Shown: positions 8,328 to 18,245 of the stretch, piece after piece | How positions within the stretch are numbered: the first letter of the stretch is position 1 | Layout: each line of letters starts with the position of its first letter | NCBI GenBank assembly: GCA_963714465.1 | Contig: CAVQOS010000022.1 | Coordinates: forward strand, 25,433 to 89,432 | Length of the DNA stretch: 64,000 nt | Direction: 5' to 3' | Origin: an uncultured Chloroflexia bacterium | GTDB lineage: Bacteria; Chloroflexota; Anaerolineae; Anaerolineales; Anaerolineaceae | Position numbers and translations under genes: made by a program | Notes under the pieces: generated by a model | Seen by the model: the letters and a program-made list of their open reading frames with translations, nothing else | Told to the model about the DNA's origin: nothing | Database searches by the model: none

Positions 8328-9620
8328 ATGGAATCAACCCAAAACAAGCTGGATGAATTTGTGAAACACCAGATGGAAACGATGGCTCAAACCTGGCAGA
8401 ATGCCGGGACAGATTTTCCTATATTTACCCGTAGCTATTCTCTATCGGAAAAGAAACAAAACGAAGCACTTTTAAGCGAAGAACTCAACTGGTTGGTGAG
8501 CGAGCTTGAAAAGGTCGATCGGTCTGCACCCAGGCGGGATGAACTCACGGGTGAGGCTGGAAGACGCTTCAAGCAAGCCGGGAAAGCCATTTTTGAGCTT
8601 ACAGAGGACCAGGCGAATACACTGGAGAACGAGGGGATCCCTTCGATCAGTTCTCAGTTCTTTCAAACTGCCCGGGAATTTGATCCGGGCGTGACCACGG
8701 CCGATATCTTCCAGGCAAGCCGCAACGTCTGGACGATGAATTATTTGCAGGTGCTGCTCGATCTTCCCGTAAGACTGACCCCATCCATTTTTGCCTACAG
8801 CATGCTTTACCCGGTAACTGACAATTACCTGGATGACCCCAGGCGTTCTGCTGAAGAGAAACATAATTTCAACCAGCGGTTTTCTGAGTGGTTGTGCGGC
8901 GGGAACCTGCCGCCATCTTCTGAGCATGAACGCAAAGTGTTTCAACTCATAAAGTTGGTCGAATCAGAATTCACGCGAAGCGAACCACTGCAGGTATTTG
9001 ACAGCCTGCTGGCCATTCAATCGGCTCAACAGAAGAGTCTGACGCAGTGTTCAGACCGAAATGCATTCTCCCGACGGGATGGTTTGAAGATTTCCATTGA
9101 AAAGGGAGGAACATCGGTCCTGGCGGATGCGTTTCTGGTAGCGGGGTCTGTTCCCCAATGGCAGATGAAGCTCATCTTTAATTATGGTGTTTTTGCGCAG
9201 TTCATGGACGACCAGGAGGATGTAGCTGGTGATATCAAACAACATTCGGCTTCTGTTTTTACTGAGGCAGCTCGATCAGGCAGCCTGGATTTGACGATGA
9301 ACCGTTTGTTTTCCTTTGCACGCACCGTGCTCAAGGACCTGGATCGGTTTGATGCTCCGCGCTCCAGTCCGCTCAAAGAAATATCGATGAAGGGAATCGA
9401 CCTGCTGTTGATCGATGCCTGCGCCAGGACGTCGCGATTCTATTCCCCCGGGTACCTTTCCGACCTCGAACAGTATTACCCATTCCGGTTCAAATATCTT
9501 GCCGAAATCCGCAGGCAAACAGAAACCAAGCAGCCGATACTGAAACGGTTTATGGACGAGATTGCCAGATCTGAAAGTGCCAAACTCCCGGTTTGGGTTT
9601 TAGCGATGAAAACGGGATAA
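8328..9620 (+). CDS. hypothetical protein with class I isoprenoid-synthase-like Asp-rich motifs
   Basis: The ORF is long. The ATG at 8328 is preferred over the TTG at 8310. Motifs are DNYLDDPRR (8820-8837), KGGTSVL and FAQFMDDQEDVAGD (9207-9233), with about 130 aa between the Asp-rich blocks. Confidence 0.5.
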   Translation: MESTQNKLDEFVKHQMETMAQTWQNAGTDFPIFTRSYSLSEKKQNEALLSEELNWLVSELEKVDRSAPRRDELTGEAGRRFKQAGKAIFELTEDQANTLENEGIPSISSQFFQTAREFDPGVTTADIFQASRNVWTMNYLQVLLDLPVRLTPSIFAYSMLYPVTDNYLDDPRRSAEEKHNFNQRFSEWLCGGNLPPSSEHERKVFQLIKLVESEFTRSEPLQVFDSLLAIQSAQQKSLTQCSDRNAFSRRDGLKISIEKGGTSVLADAFLVAGSVPQWQMKLIFNYGVFAQFMDDQEDVAGDIKQHSASVFTEAARSGSLDLTMNRLFSFARTVLKDLDRFDAPRSSPLKEISMKGIDLLLIDACARTSRFYSPGYLSDLEQYYPFRFKYLAEIRRQTETKQPILKRFMDEIARSESAKLPVWVLAMKTG

Positions 9621-9630
9621 TTCTGGTAGG

Positions 9631-10587
9631 TTATCCTTTTGGACCTGATATTTGCAGGATTCGCTGCATGAGCGCAGGGTCGTCTTTAAACAATCCCACC
9701 TTGGGCAACCGCTGCAGGAGCAGCGCCCAGTTGGGATTGTATTCGAAAACTTTCTTAAAGATCGGCAACGCTTCATCCACTTTGCCCAAATCTGCCATGG
9801 TGGCTGCCTGCCAGAAGGGAAGTTCATCCATTTCGGGGGCAAGGATTGCGGCGTTATTATAAGCTTCGAAGGCTTCTTCGGTTTTACCGTCGCTGAGCAA
9901 AGCATCACCCTGGTTCATCATATCGTAGGCATGTTGAATTTTGATCAGGCGCTTCAATTCATTCAACGGTGAGGGATGATCCTCCACCCTCAGTTCGAGC
10001 GATTTTTGTTTCCAGGGCTGGTCGGTTTGCTCAGCGCTGACGATCACCATCGCCGCCGACTGCATCCCCCGAATATCGCCTTCTTCAGCCTGGGCAGCTT
10101 CCAAAGCCTTCATCATGCGGTCTGCCAGGCTACCAGTCGATTTCTCGTAGGCTTCAGACATGGCTGTCCAGACTGTGTTTCTGAGCATCATGTTTGCCTG
10201 TACCGAATATTGGTCTCCGGTAATATGTCCGGCTTCCGGGATGCAGCGTGAACCAGTATAAGCCGCGACGATACCTTTGGCGTTGATCATCGCCACCTGC
10301 CGTACTTGATGGTTCTCGTCCGCAGCCAAAAGGGTTTTCAAAGCACACTCCACGTCATCATTGCTCGCCATTGCGGAGAGCCCATTCGGGCCATAACTGA
10401 TATCCGCCATCGCCTGGGTCGCCACTACCCCAATTCCAGCTTCTGCCCAGGGAACCACTGATCCGACCGAAAACCAGTGGGATTGAACTGCAGCACCCAT
10501 ATCCCCTGTGATCGGATCGCGCGCGACGATGGAATAGGTGTGAGCCATCGGAAACCGATTCAGAATTTGTTCGGAATGTTGATTCAT
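9631..10587 (-). CDS. DUF1028 (Ntn-hydrolase-like) protein with a TPR-like C-terminus
   Basis: TYSIVARDPITGDMGAAVQSHWFSVGSVVPWAEAGIGVVATQA is a DUF1028 signature. The start was moved to the ATG at 10587, which has a GGAGAAAC RBS, so that it no longer overlaps the upstream gene. Confidence 0.8.
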   Translation of the reverse strand: MNQHSEQILNRFPMAHTYSIVARDPITGDMGAAVQSHWFSVGSVVPWAEAGIGVVATQAMADISYGPNGLSAMASNDDVECALKTLLAADENHQVRQVAMINAKGIVAAYTGSRCIPEAGHITGDQYSVQANMMLRNTVWTAMSEAYEKSTGSLADRMMKALEAAQAEEGDIRGMQSAAMVIVSAEQTDQPWKQKSLELRVEDHPSPLNELKRLIKIQHAYDMMNQGDALLSDGKTEEAFEAYNNAAILAPEMDELPFWQAATMADLGKVDEALPIFKKVFEYNPNWALLLQRLPKVGLFKDDPALMQRILQISGPKG

Positions 10588-10613
10588 AAAGTTTCTCCAT
10601 TCATTAAGAAAGT

Positions 10614-11249
10614 TTATGGTTTGAAAAAGAAGGCGGTATCTGATACGCCATTCGACGTCCAGAACCGGCGCCAGGGTTCGATTTGCTGCCAAACAGCCGT
10701 CCACGTTTCTCCATCCGGGCCGGCTTTGATGCTGCGTGAATTTGGCGACTTGGAAGCACTTGGCAGTGCCTTGTTGACGTTATCAATGATGAGCATGGCA
10801 TGGTGTTTGAGGAGTGGCAGCGAATGCAGCGCGCACTGGGCACGGTAAATCCCGTCGACCACCACAAAGTCCAGGCTTTCAGCGACAAACCGGGATGTAA
10901 CACCCACATATTCTGAATGTTCAACGTCAGGGTTCGCGCCATTTAGCTTGGGTGCGAAGACCAACTCAGCATTTTGCAGGGACCGAGCAGCGAGGTTGGC
11001 TTTGACCTTCTCCGCCCAGTCTGCATTGTGCTCGACGCTGGTGAGTTGGCCGACCTTTTGGGCAAACCACAGGGTGCTGCGTCCAGAGCCAAATTCAAGT
11101 CCGGTGTCCGAAGGCAGCAGATAATCCGCCAGAAATTCGATAGCCTGCGGAGAGAACCACGGCAGATCAGGATTTTGCCGGCGGTAAAGCTTTTCCTTTG
11201 AACGGTTCCAAAGATAGTTAGCTGACCAATGTGAAAAAGAACGTGACAT
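10614..11249 (-). CDS. class I SAM-dependent methyltransferase
   Basis: LEFGSGRSTLWFA is motif I, and FVVVDG is a post-I/II-like motif. Confidence 0.7.
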   Translation of the reverse strand: MSRSFSHWSANYLWNRSKEKLYRRQNPDLPWFSPQAIEFLADYLLPSDTGLEFGSGRSTLWFAQKVGQLTSVEHNADWAEKVKANLAARSLQNAELVFAPKLNGANPDVEHSEYVGVTSRFVAESLDFVVVDGIYRAQCALHSLPLLKHHAMLIIDNVNKALPSASKSPNSRSIKAGPDGETWTAVWQQIEPWRRFWTSNGVSDTAFFFKP

Positions 11250-11288
11250 GTGACTTCCTATTACTGAAAATGTTGAATTCAGTGCGGC

Positions 11289-12137
11289 TTAGGGTTTTGA
11301 ATGAAAAGCGCCCTGGATGACTTCGTCATCGAAGAATTCGCTCGTTTTACCTGTTGTTGCATATTGGTATACCGCCGCAGTATAAATTCCATTCAAAGTG
11401 CTGCTTACAAGGCTCATCAATAAGATCAGGAATAACCCTCCGACCCCGATGAGGATCATCACCCAGGCGGGCAATCCCAGGTTCGAAGCCAGGATGATGC
11501 CGACAACACAGACGATGAACAAGGCAACGCCAAGCAGGGTGAATACTGCGTTGAAGCTGAAACTACCGACCAATTGCTCTCCCCAGGTCTTTTTCAGGTA
11601 TCCCATGCTGCGTTTGATGGCTTCGACCGGTCCCACCTCTTCAACCGCCAGGATCGGGACGACCAGGAAAGTGGCTACGTTCCAAACCATGCCCAGGATG
11701 CTGACCAGGATTCTCCCCAATCCCTTGCCCCTGTCGCGAATGGCGCTTAAAAGCAATCCAACCGTGGCGGCGATGAGCGAGTAGCCGAAAATGGGTACAA
11801 GATGCTGCCAGGCGATCTTTATTCCATCGGCGAGTGTGGGGTCGCCTCCGCGCAAACGGATCAGGGCTGCTCCAACCAACGCCGTATTGCTTGAAAAAAT
11901 GATGAAATATTGCAGAACGTAAAATATGAACAAAATGACGTAATCGGTTGCCCTGAGCCCACTCACATCAACGTTGGCGAAGACTCCCAGGAAGAGCATT
12001 GGCACAAAGAAAACAACGCTTAAAAGGATCATCCCTCCGGCTGAAAGGATCGGGAAGATCAGCAATTCTTTATCTTTGGTCAATACCGCCGCACTGGCTT
12101 TGATCAAATTCCAACTGTCAGCAAATACGTTTAGCAT
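11289..12137 (-). CDS. multi-pass membrane protein (DUF6159-like, from memory)
   Basis: There are several hydrophobic helices. The N-terminus SWNLIKASAAVLTKDKELLIFPILS resembles DUF6159 family proteins. Confidence 0.6.
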   Translation of the reverse strand: MLNVFADSWNLIKASAAVLTKDKELLIFPILSAGGMILLSVVFFVPMLFLGVFANVDVSGLRATDYVILFIFYVLQYFIIFSSNTALVGAALIRLRGGDPTLADGIKIAWQHLVPIFGYSLIAATVGLLLSAIRDRGKGLGRILVSILGMVWNVATFLVVPILAVEEVGPVEAIKRSMGYLKKTWGEQLVGSFSFNAVFTLLGVALFIVCVVGIILASNLGLPAWVMILIGVGGLFLILLMSLVSSTLNGIYTAAVYQYATTGKTSEFFDDEVIQGAFHSKP

Positions 12138-12158
12138 GCTTCCTCCAAATTGTGGGTG

Positions 12159-13073
12159 TTAGAGCGTAATTTTGTCGGTGTGCCAGCGGGCAAATATTGC
12201 CATCGAGAGAAATCGTCCGCGCGATTTTTCAATCAAACCCAATTCGCCGGCGGTCGTTGTTCCTTCAAAAGACCGCATGATCTCTTCCATGGCGTAGTAG
12301 AGCGTGATCGAACTGGCTTTGACAGCGTAAGCGGTAAGCTGGACAAATAGCGGATCGGGCGCAAGAATTTGGCGGCAAGCGTCCAGCAGGATGGGAATCA
12401 ACTTGTAGAATTCCCAAACCTCACCTTTGGGTCCCCTGCCAAATTTTGGCGGATCGAGGATGATGCCATCATATGTTGCGCCGCGCCGGTGTTCGCGCTG
12501 GACGAACTTGAGCGCATCATCGATGATCCAGCGGATGGGTGCCTGGTTGAGATTCGACAGGCGTTGATTTTCATTCGCCCAGGTGACCACTTTACGCGAT
12601 GCGTCAAGATGAGTCACCTGCGCTCCCGCTTTCGCAGCAGCCAGTGAGGCGATTCCGGTGTAGCCAAAAAGATTGAGCACCTTCGGGGTGCCCCCCTTTG
12701 CCTGAATCCATTGCTGCGACCAGTTCCACTGGTTGGCTTGTTCGGGGAAAACACCAAGGTGCCGCGAGCTGGAGGGCTGAGCCCAAAAATTCAGGTCACG
12801 GTAGCTCATCTTCCAGCGATCCGGCAGGGAATGGAAAAACTCCCAATGCCCGCCATTTTCTTCAGGGGCTGGTTTATAAAATGCGTCTGCTTTCTTCCAT
12901 TCAGACTCATCCAACCCTTTCATCCAAACAGCTTCTGGTTCAGGGCGGATCAGTCGAATTTGACCGTAGCGCTCCAGCTTTTGACCTTCCCCGGAGTCGA
13001 GTAATTCATAATCCGCCCAGTCATCGACGCTGAGCAATTCAATCGTGGGTAAAGCTGCTGAGGAATGTTTCAT
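12159..13073 (-). CDS. class I SAM-dependent (r)RNA methyltransferase, RlmI/RlmK-like Methyltrans_SAM family
   Basis: YELLDSGEGQKLERYG at the N-terminus and LNLFGYTGIASLAAA as motif I. Confidence 0.7.
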   Translation of the reverse strand: MKHSSAALPTIELLSVDDWADYELLDSGEGQKLERYGQIRLIRPEPEAVWMKGLDESEWKKADAFYKPAPEENGGHWEFFHSLPDRWKMSYRDLNFWAQPSSSRHLGVFPEQANQWNWSQQWIQAKGGTPKVLNLFGYTGIASLAAAKAGAQVTHLDASRKVVTWANENQRLSNLNQAPIRWIIDDALKFVQREHRRGATYDGIILDPPKFGRGPKGEVWEFYKLIPILLDACRQILAPDPLFVQLTAYAVKASSITLYYAMEEIMRSFEGTTTAGELGLIEKSRGRFLSMAIFARWHTDKITL

Positions 13074-13203
13074 AGGCTTTCAGAACTCCAATATAAAAAA
13101 GTATACCGCGTTTGGAGTATGGCCAGCCCAAAAAAGACGATCAATTTGAATGTGAAGTAGGGGGATATAATACTAACTTGTGGCTCACACTGCGGAGGAA
13201 AAT

Positions 13204-14358
13204 ATGGCGAATATCTTTGACAATTGTCGGGATCGAAGAGATGGTGAAAGTGTCAAATGGAACGTGTACGAAAAAGATGTACTGCCCATGTGGGTGGCTG
13301 ATATGGACGTCCGCTCGCCTCAAGCGGTGATCGATGCGCTGCATGCAAGGGTTGAGCACGGTGTTTTTGGATACCCTTTACCGCCAAAAGCCTTGTCTGA
13401 AGCGATCATGCAGCGGATGGAAGAACGCTACCAATGGAAGATCAAGCCTGAGGACATTCTCTATCTTCCTGGGGTTGTGGCAGGATTCAATCTTGCAGTG
13501 CAGGCCTTCACCGACCGGGGAAATTCGCTCATCATGCAAACGCCGGTCTACCCCCCGTTTCTTTGTGCACCTGAAAATGCCCAGGTGCGGGGGATCCAGG
13601 TGGATCTTCAGCGTGCCCCGGACGGGACGTATTCCATCGATTTTGATGCTTTTGAGGTGGCTATTGCCGAAGATACCCAGACGTTTCTATTGTGCAACCC
13701 GCATAACCCGGTAGGGAAGGTCTTTACAAAATCCGAGCTCGAGAGACTTGGCGAGATTTGCCTGAGGCACGGGGTGATCATCGTGGCAGATGAAATTCAC
13801 AGTGACCTGATATTTAGTGGACACCGCCACACTCCCATTGCATCATTGAGCCATGAACTCGCAGATCAAACCGTCACGATCATTGCGCCAAGCAAGACGT
13901 TTAATATTGCCGGGTTGGACTGCGCAGCCATCATCTGCACCAACCCTGAACTGCGTGAACAATTGGAACGCGCCCGGCGTGGCACCCTGGGGCAAGTTAA
14001 CATCCTGGGGTATACCGCAGCCCTGGCAGCCTACCGTTATGGGCAAGCATGGTTGGATGAATTATTGATCGCCTTGGAAGCGAATCGGGATTTCCTGTTT
14101 GACTCCATCCGCCAGCGATTGCCCGGGGTCAGCATGGCAAAACCTGAAGGCACTTATTTAGCCTGGTTGGATTTCCGCAATCTGCAACTACCGCAAGACC
14201 CGTATCATTTCTTTTTGGACCAGGCGAAAGTGGCGTTCAATGACGGCAGGGAATTTGGCAAAGCCGGGGAAGGATTCCTGCGTCTTAACTTTGGCTGCTC
14301 GACGGGGTTGTTGGAAGAGACTTTGGTAAGGATGGAAAGCGCTCTGAACAAAATATAG
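13204..14358 (+). CDS. PatB/MalY-type PLP-dependent C-S lyase (cystathionine beta-lyase-like aminotransferase)
   Basis: RRDGESVKWNVY...MWVADMD, LCNPHNPVG and SKTFNIAG (PLP lysine). The start is at the ATG at 13204, preceded by GGAGGA. Confidence 0.85.
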   Translation: MANIFDNCRDRRDGESVKWNVYEKDVLPMWVADMDVRSPQAVIDALHARVEHGVFGYPLPPKALSEAIMQRMEERYQWKIKPEDILYLPGVVAGFNLAVQAFTDRGNSLIMQTPVYPPFLCAPENAQVRGIQVDLQRAPDGTYSIDFDAFEVAIAEDTQTFLLCNPHNPVGKVFTKSELERLGEICLRHGVIIVADEIHSDLIFSGHRHTPIASLSHELADQTVTIIAPSKTFNIAGLDCAAIICTNPELREQLERARRGTLGQVNILGYTAALAAYRYGQAWLDELLIALEANRDFLFDSIRQRLPGVSMAKPEGTYLAWLDFRNLQLPQDPYHFFLDQAKVAFNDGREFGKAGEGFLRLNFGCSTGLLEETLVRMESALNKI

Positions 14359-14384
14359 GCTGCTTTTTCTTCTTACTAATAAAA

Positions 14385-14417
14385 ACAGAGCTGGGTTTTC
14401 CAGCTCTGTTGCGTTTT
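14385..14417. terminator. bidirectional intrinsic terminator between patB-like and csp
   Basis: acagagctg / cagctctgt form a 9-bp stem, flanked by aaaaa upstream and tgcgttttt downstream. Confidence 0.8.
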
Positions 14418-14432
14418 TGACTCTTTTCTCAA

Positions 14433-14645
14433 TTATTCTACAGGAATTACATTTGCAGCCTGCAGCCCTTTTGGACCTTTTTCGACTTCAAATTCGACAT
14501 TTTGACCTTCTTTCAGCACTTTATAACCATCCATTTGCACAGCAGAAAAATGAACGAAAACATCCTCGCCATCTTCCCGACCGATGAATCCATACCCCTT
14601 GGCAGGATTGAACCACTTTACGGTTCCAACAAATCGTTCAGCCAT
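14433..14645 (-). CDS. cold-shock protein (CspA family)
   Basis: [15 protein letters not shown] and DVFVHFSAV are the RNP1 and RNP2 motifs. The protein is 70 aa. Confidence 0.95.
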   Translation of the reverse strand: MAERFVGTVKWFNPAKGYGFIGREDGEDVFVHFSAVQMDGYKVLKEGQNVEFEVEKGPKGLQAANVIPVE

Positions 14646-14778
14646 TCTTTATCTCCATCAAAAAAAATTGAATGATGCGGGCGAACAGACCCTTGAATTG
14701 TCCTATTTTGCCTGGCATCTGCGATTTTTAAAATTTACCATCAGAAAAGAGGCATGTCAAGTTTGAGAACTTTTCGCA

Positions 14779-16230
14779 ATGAAATCTGTGTCGGCTATAA
14801 TCAAGGGTATGAATCGGGTCTCAAAAACCTTTAGCCTTTTCCTCATTTTTCTTCCGCTGCTATTCGCCGGTTTTGTCCGCTTTGCACCGGAATCCCTTTC
14901 AGCATCGACAGCCAGTCATAAGGCTTTGGAATTCGAAATGACGGAAAATTGGTTTTCCTCAGCGGAAAACCTCAAAACCGTTCTTGAAATTTCCGGTTGG
15001 CGGGCGGATGCCTGGCAAAAACTGGGAAGGGCATCCTTTGAACTAAAGGAATACGCGCAATCTGCGGCAGCTTTCGAGCAAGCCAGGAAGTCGTCAGAAC
15101 TGACATTTGATAACATTGCCAGGCTCGGGAAGTCTTATTTGCAGTTGGATCGCGTCGGCGATGCCCAAAATTTGTGGCGTGAAATTAGCTTAACCGCTCC
15201 GACGGATTTCGACTTTCTGATGGAAACCGCTGCCAACCAACGAGAAATCGGCGATACTTTTGGCACGATCACAACGCTGTTGGCGGCTTATGAGCTGCAG
15301 CCCACGAATCTACAGGTAAATTACCTTCTCGGGATCCACCTGGCGGCCACTCAACCCCAAAGTGCCGTCAAATTCCTTAAGTTCTCCGTCAAAAATACCA
15401 GCCCTGAAAAATCTGTCAGCGAATCCTTGTTAAGCGAAATCGAAAATTCCAGCCAGGACCCGGGGCTTCGCTCTGTACGCATCGGTCAAATCTTATCCAA
15501 TGCAGGTGAGTGGGACATGGCGGCCAGTTCTTTTGACCTGGCGGTTCAAAAAGACGAAACCAATGCATTTGCCTGGGCATTGTTGGGGGAAGCTCTGCAA
15601 CATACCGGAAAGGGTGGTTTGGACGAACTGCAGAAGGCACTCGATCTTGAGCCAGGGTCCGATATAGCGAATGCGTTGATGGCACTGTATTATCGCCGTC
15701 AAAACAAGCCCGAACTGGCATTACCTTATTTGTACAGAGCGGTTAAGGCAGCCCCCGGAGAAGCAACATGGCAGGTGGAGCTTGGCAATACCCTTGCCGA
15801 TACCGGGGATCTTAAATCGGCGCTGGATCATTTCATAGCAGCGACACTGGCAGACCCAAAAGACCCCTTGACCTGGCAGAGCCTGGCAACCTTTTGCTTT
15901 ACACGCAACGTTGAGATCACGCCCACCGGGTTGAACGCCGCCAGAAAAGCGCTTGAACTTGACCCCCAAAATCCGCAACTGATGGATCTGATGGGCATGG
16001 GGCTTTTGATCAACGGAGACACTGACAGTGCAGATCGATTTTTCAGCCAGGCAATCAAAATCGACCCAATGGAAGCAGCCTATCATCTGCATTACGGTCA
16101 GTTGTACATCCAGGAGAAGGATTGCGTGAGGGCTGCATCCGAACTCAGGCAGGCGATCTCGCTGGCAAAAGATGACCGTATCAAAAGTAATGCCGAAAGG
16201 CTATTATCGGATTATTGTGCTGGATATTGA
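14779..16230 (+). CDS. membrane-anchored TPR repeat protein
   Basis: An N-terminal hydrophobic helix is followed by multiple TPR-like repeats (A..W..LG......A...F..A....P). Confidence 0.75.
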   Translation: MKSVSAIIKGMNRVSKTFSLFLIFLPLLFAGFVRFAPESLSASTASHKALEFEMTENWFSSAENLKTVLEISGWRADAWQKLGRASFELKEYAQSAAAFEQARKSSELTFDNIARLGKSYLQLDRVGDAQNLWREISLTAPTDFDFLMETAANQREIGDTFGTITTLLAAYELQPTNLQVNYLLGIHLAATQPQSAVKFLKFSVKNTSPEKSVSESLLSEIENSSQDPGLRSVRIGQILSNAGEWDMAASSFDLAVQKDETNAFAWALLGEALQHTGKGGLDELQKALDLEPGSDIANALMALYYRRQNKPELALPYLYRAVKAAPGEATWQVELGNTLADTGDLKSALDHFIAATLADPKDPLTWQSLATFCFTRNVEITPTGLNAARKALELDPQNPQLMDLMGMGLLINGDTDSADRFFSQAIKIDPMEAAYHLHYGQLYIQEKDCVRAASELRQAISLAKDDRIKSNAERLLSDYCAGY

Positions 16231-16277
16231 TGCGAATGAGTATAATTGTTGAATCGGATTAACTTGTCGGGGAACCC

Positions 16278-16931
16278 ATGAAAAGCATCATTATCTCGCT
16301 TGTCTTCATAATGTTCGTCGGTCTGACTGGCTGCTCAGACATTGTTTCCATTTTGCCGATGACAGATTCGCCTGTCAGCGGGACGATTCTTTACGCAGAT
16401 GATTTCTCCAATCCAGAAGGATGGGGGACTTCGGGGCGCAGCGGCGGAAGCATTGGTTTTGATTACCAGGGGCTCCAAATCAAGGTTGACACCGCCAATT
16501 CCCTGTTTTGGACGGTGAATGGGGGATCCTACAAGGATGTACAAATTGACGTGGATGCGGTCCTCTTGAGCGGTCCAACGGATGACAATTTTGGCGCAAT
16601 TTGCCGATTCAAAGATAATAAAAACTTCTACGGCTTTATTGTCAGCCACGACGGATATTTTGGAATGTTCAAAAGCATCGACGGTGTGATTTACCCGTTA
16701 CTTGAAACTGAAGGAATGCAGTACAGCGAGATCATTCGCCGGGGCGGGATCGTGAATCATATACAGGTCATTTGTAAAAGTACCACCCTGACAATGAATG
16801 TCAACGGCGAGGAATTGGCTTCAGTTGAAGATGCCGACCTCACAAAGGGGAAATTTGGACTGATTGCCGGAGCTTACACCACACCCGGGGTGGAAGTGCT
16901 TTTTGATAATTTATTGGTAGTACAGCCATAG
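16278..16931 (+). CDS. lipoprotein of unknown function
   Basis: A signal peptide is followed by the lipobox LTGC. Confidence 0.7.
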   Translation: MKSIIISLVFIMFVGLTGCSDIVSILPMTDSPVSGTILYADDFSNPEGWGTSGRSGGSIGFDYQGLQIKVDTANSLFWTVNGGSYKDVQIDVDAVLLSGPTDDNFGAICRFKDNKNFYGFIVSHDGYFGMFKSIDGVIYPLLETEGMQYSEIIRRGGIVNHIQVICKSTTLTMNVNGEELASVEDADLTKGKFGLIAGAYTTPGVEVLFDNLLVVQP

Positions 16932-16935
16932 GGAT

Positions 16936-18210
16936 ATGAAAATCTTTTTTGATAGCGTAGGCTGCCGCTTGAACCAGGCAGAAATCGAACATCTTGCCAA
17001 TCGATTTAAAAGAGCCGGGCATTTGATCGTTGAAAAAGCGGAGAATGCCGACCTGGTGGTGATCAACACCTGTGCCGTGACGGCAGCCGCTGCCTCAGAT
17101 TCACGCGAAAAAGCGAGACTGGCATACAAAGCCGGCGCCAAGGAAATTGTGCTCACCGGTTGTTGGGCTACGTTGGAGCCCCAAGCCGCCGGATCACTCG
17201 CCGGGGTAATGCGCGTAGTCACAAATCGCGAAAAAGAATCCTTCGGAAATGATCTGCCAGGAATCTCAGCCATCGATTTCGATAGCGAGCCAATCATCCG
17301 CGAACCTTTACCCGGGATTCACCGGCGAACGCGGGCATTCATCAAAGCCCAGGATGGATGTGATAATTTTTGCACCTTTTGTATCACCCGCCTGGCCCGT
17401 GGAGCGGGGGTGAGCGTTCCCCTGGATGAGGTGATCCGCGATGTCGATTCAGCCATCCGCGGTGGCGTAAAAGAAATTGTGTTGAGCGGGGTTCACCTGG
17501 GGTCTTGGGGGAATGACCTCCACAATGGGGCGCATTTGAAGGATCTAATTCAAGCGATCCTGGACCGGACCGAGATTCAGCGGGTGCGGTTATCCTCCGT
17601 CGAACCCTGGGACCTGGATCGATCCTTTTTTGACGTGTGGCAGGATCCTCGCATGTGCCGGCACCTGCACTTCCCGCTCCAGTCAGGTTCGGGTACCGTT
17701 CTCAAACGCATGGGTCGCAACACCACCCCGGAAAAATATCGCGCCCTGGTCGAATTGGCGCGCGAGATGATCCCGGGATTGGCATTGACGACGGATATCA
17801 TCGTCGGTTTTCCGGCAGAGACCGGGGAAGAATTCTCCGAAAGCCTGGCATTTGTGAACGAGATGCAATTCGCCGGTGGACATGTTTTCAAGTATTCAGC
17901 CAGGCCTGGCACGGCTGCAGCGCGCCTGCTGGGTAGGGTGAATGGTAAAATTGCTGCGGATCGCAGTCAGAAAATGCGGGCGCTGCTGCAACAATCCGCT
18001 GAGGTCTATGCATCAGCCTTTGTTGGCAAAACACTGAATGTCCTATGGGAATCATCCACCAGGATAGGCCTGCAAGGGTGGCGGATGCACGGGCTGAGCA
18101 GTAATTATTTGAAAGCAAGCGGCATCACCCCTGAATACCGCTGGAACCAGGTCGATCGGGTGAAAGTCGTTTCGTTTAGTGAGGGGCAGCTCGAAGTAGA
18201 ACTCATTTAA
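16936..18210 (+). CDS. mtaB: radical SAM methylthiotransferase, MiaB/MtaB-like
   Basis: The N-terminal MTTase domain has GCRLNQ. The radical SAM motif is CDNFCTFC, and a C-terminal TRAM-like region follows. Confidence 0.8.
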   Translation: MKIFFDSVGCRLNQAEIEHLANRFKRAGHLIVEKAENADLVVINTCAVTAAAASDSREKARLAYKAGAKEIVLTGCWATLEPQAAGSLAGVMRVVTNREKESFGNDLPGISAIDFDSEPIIREPLPGIHRRTRAFIKAQDGCDNFCTFCITRLARGAGVSVPLDEVIRDVDSAIRGGVKEIVLSGVHLGSWGNDLHNGAHLKDLIQAILDRTEIQRVRLSSVEPWDLDRSFFDVWQDPRMCRHLHFPLQSGSGTVLKRMGRNTTPEKYRALVELAREMIPGLALTTDIIVGFPAETGEEFSESLAFVNEMQFAGGHVFKYSARPGTAAARLLGRVNGKIAADRSQKMRALLQQSAEVYASAFVGKTLNVLWESSTRIGLQGWRMHGLSSNYLKASGITPEYRWNQVDRVKVVSFSEGQLEVELI

Positions 18211-18245
18211 TCACTATACAACTCAAGAGTTGGAGAAGGAACATC

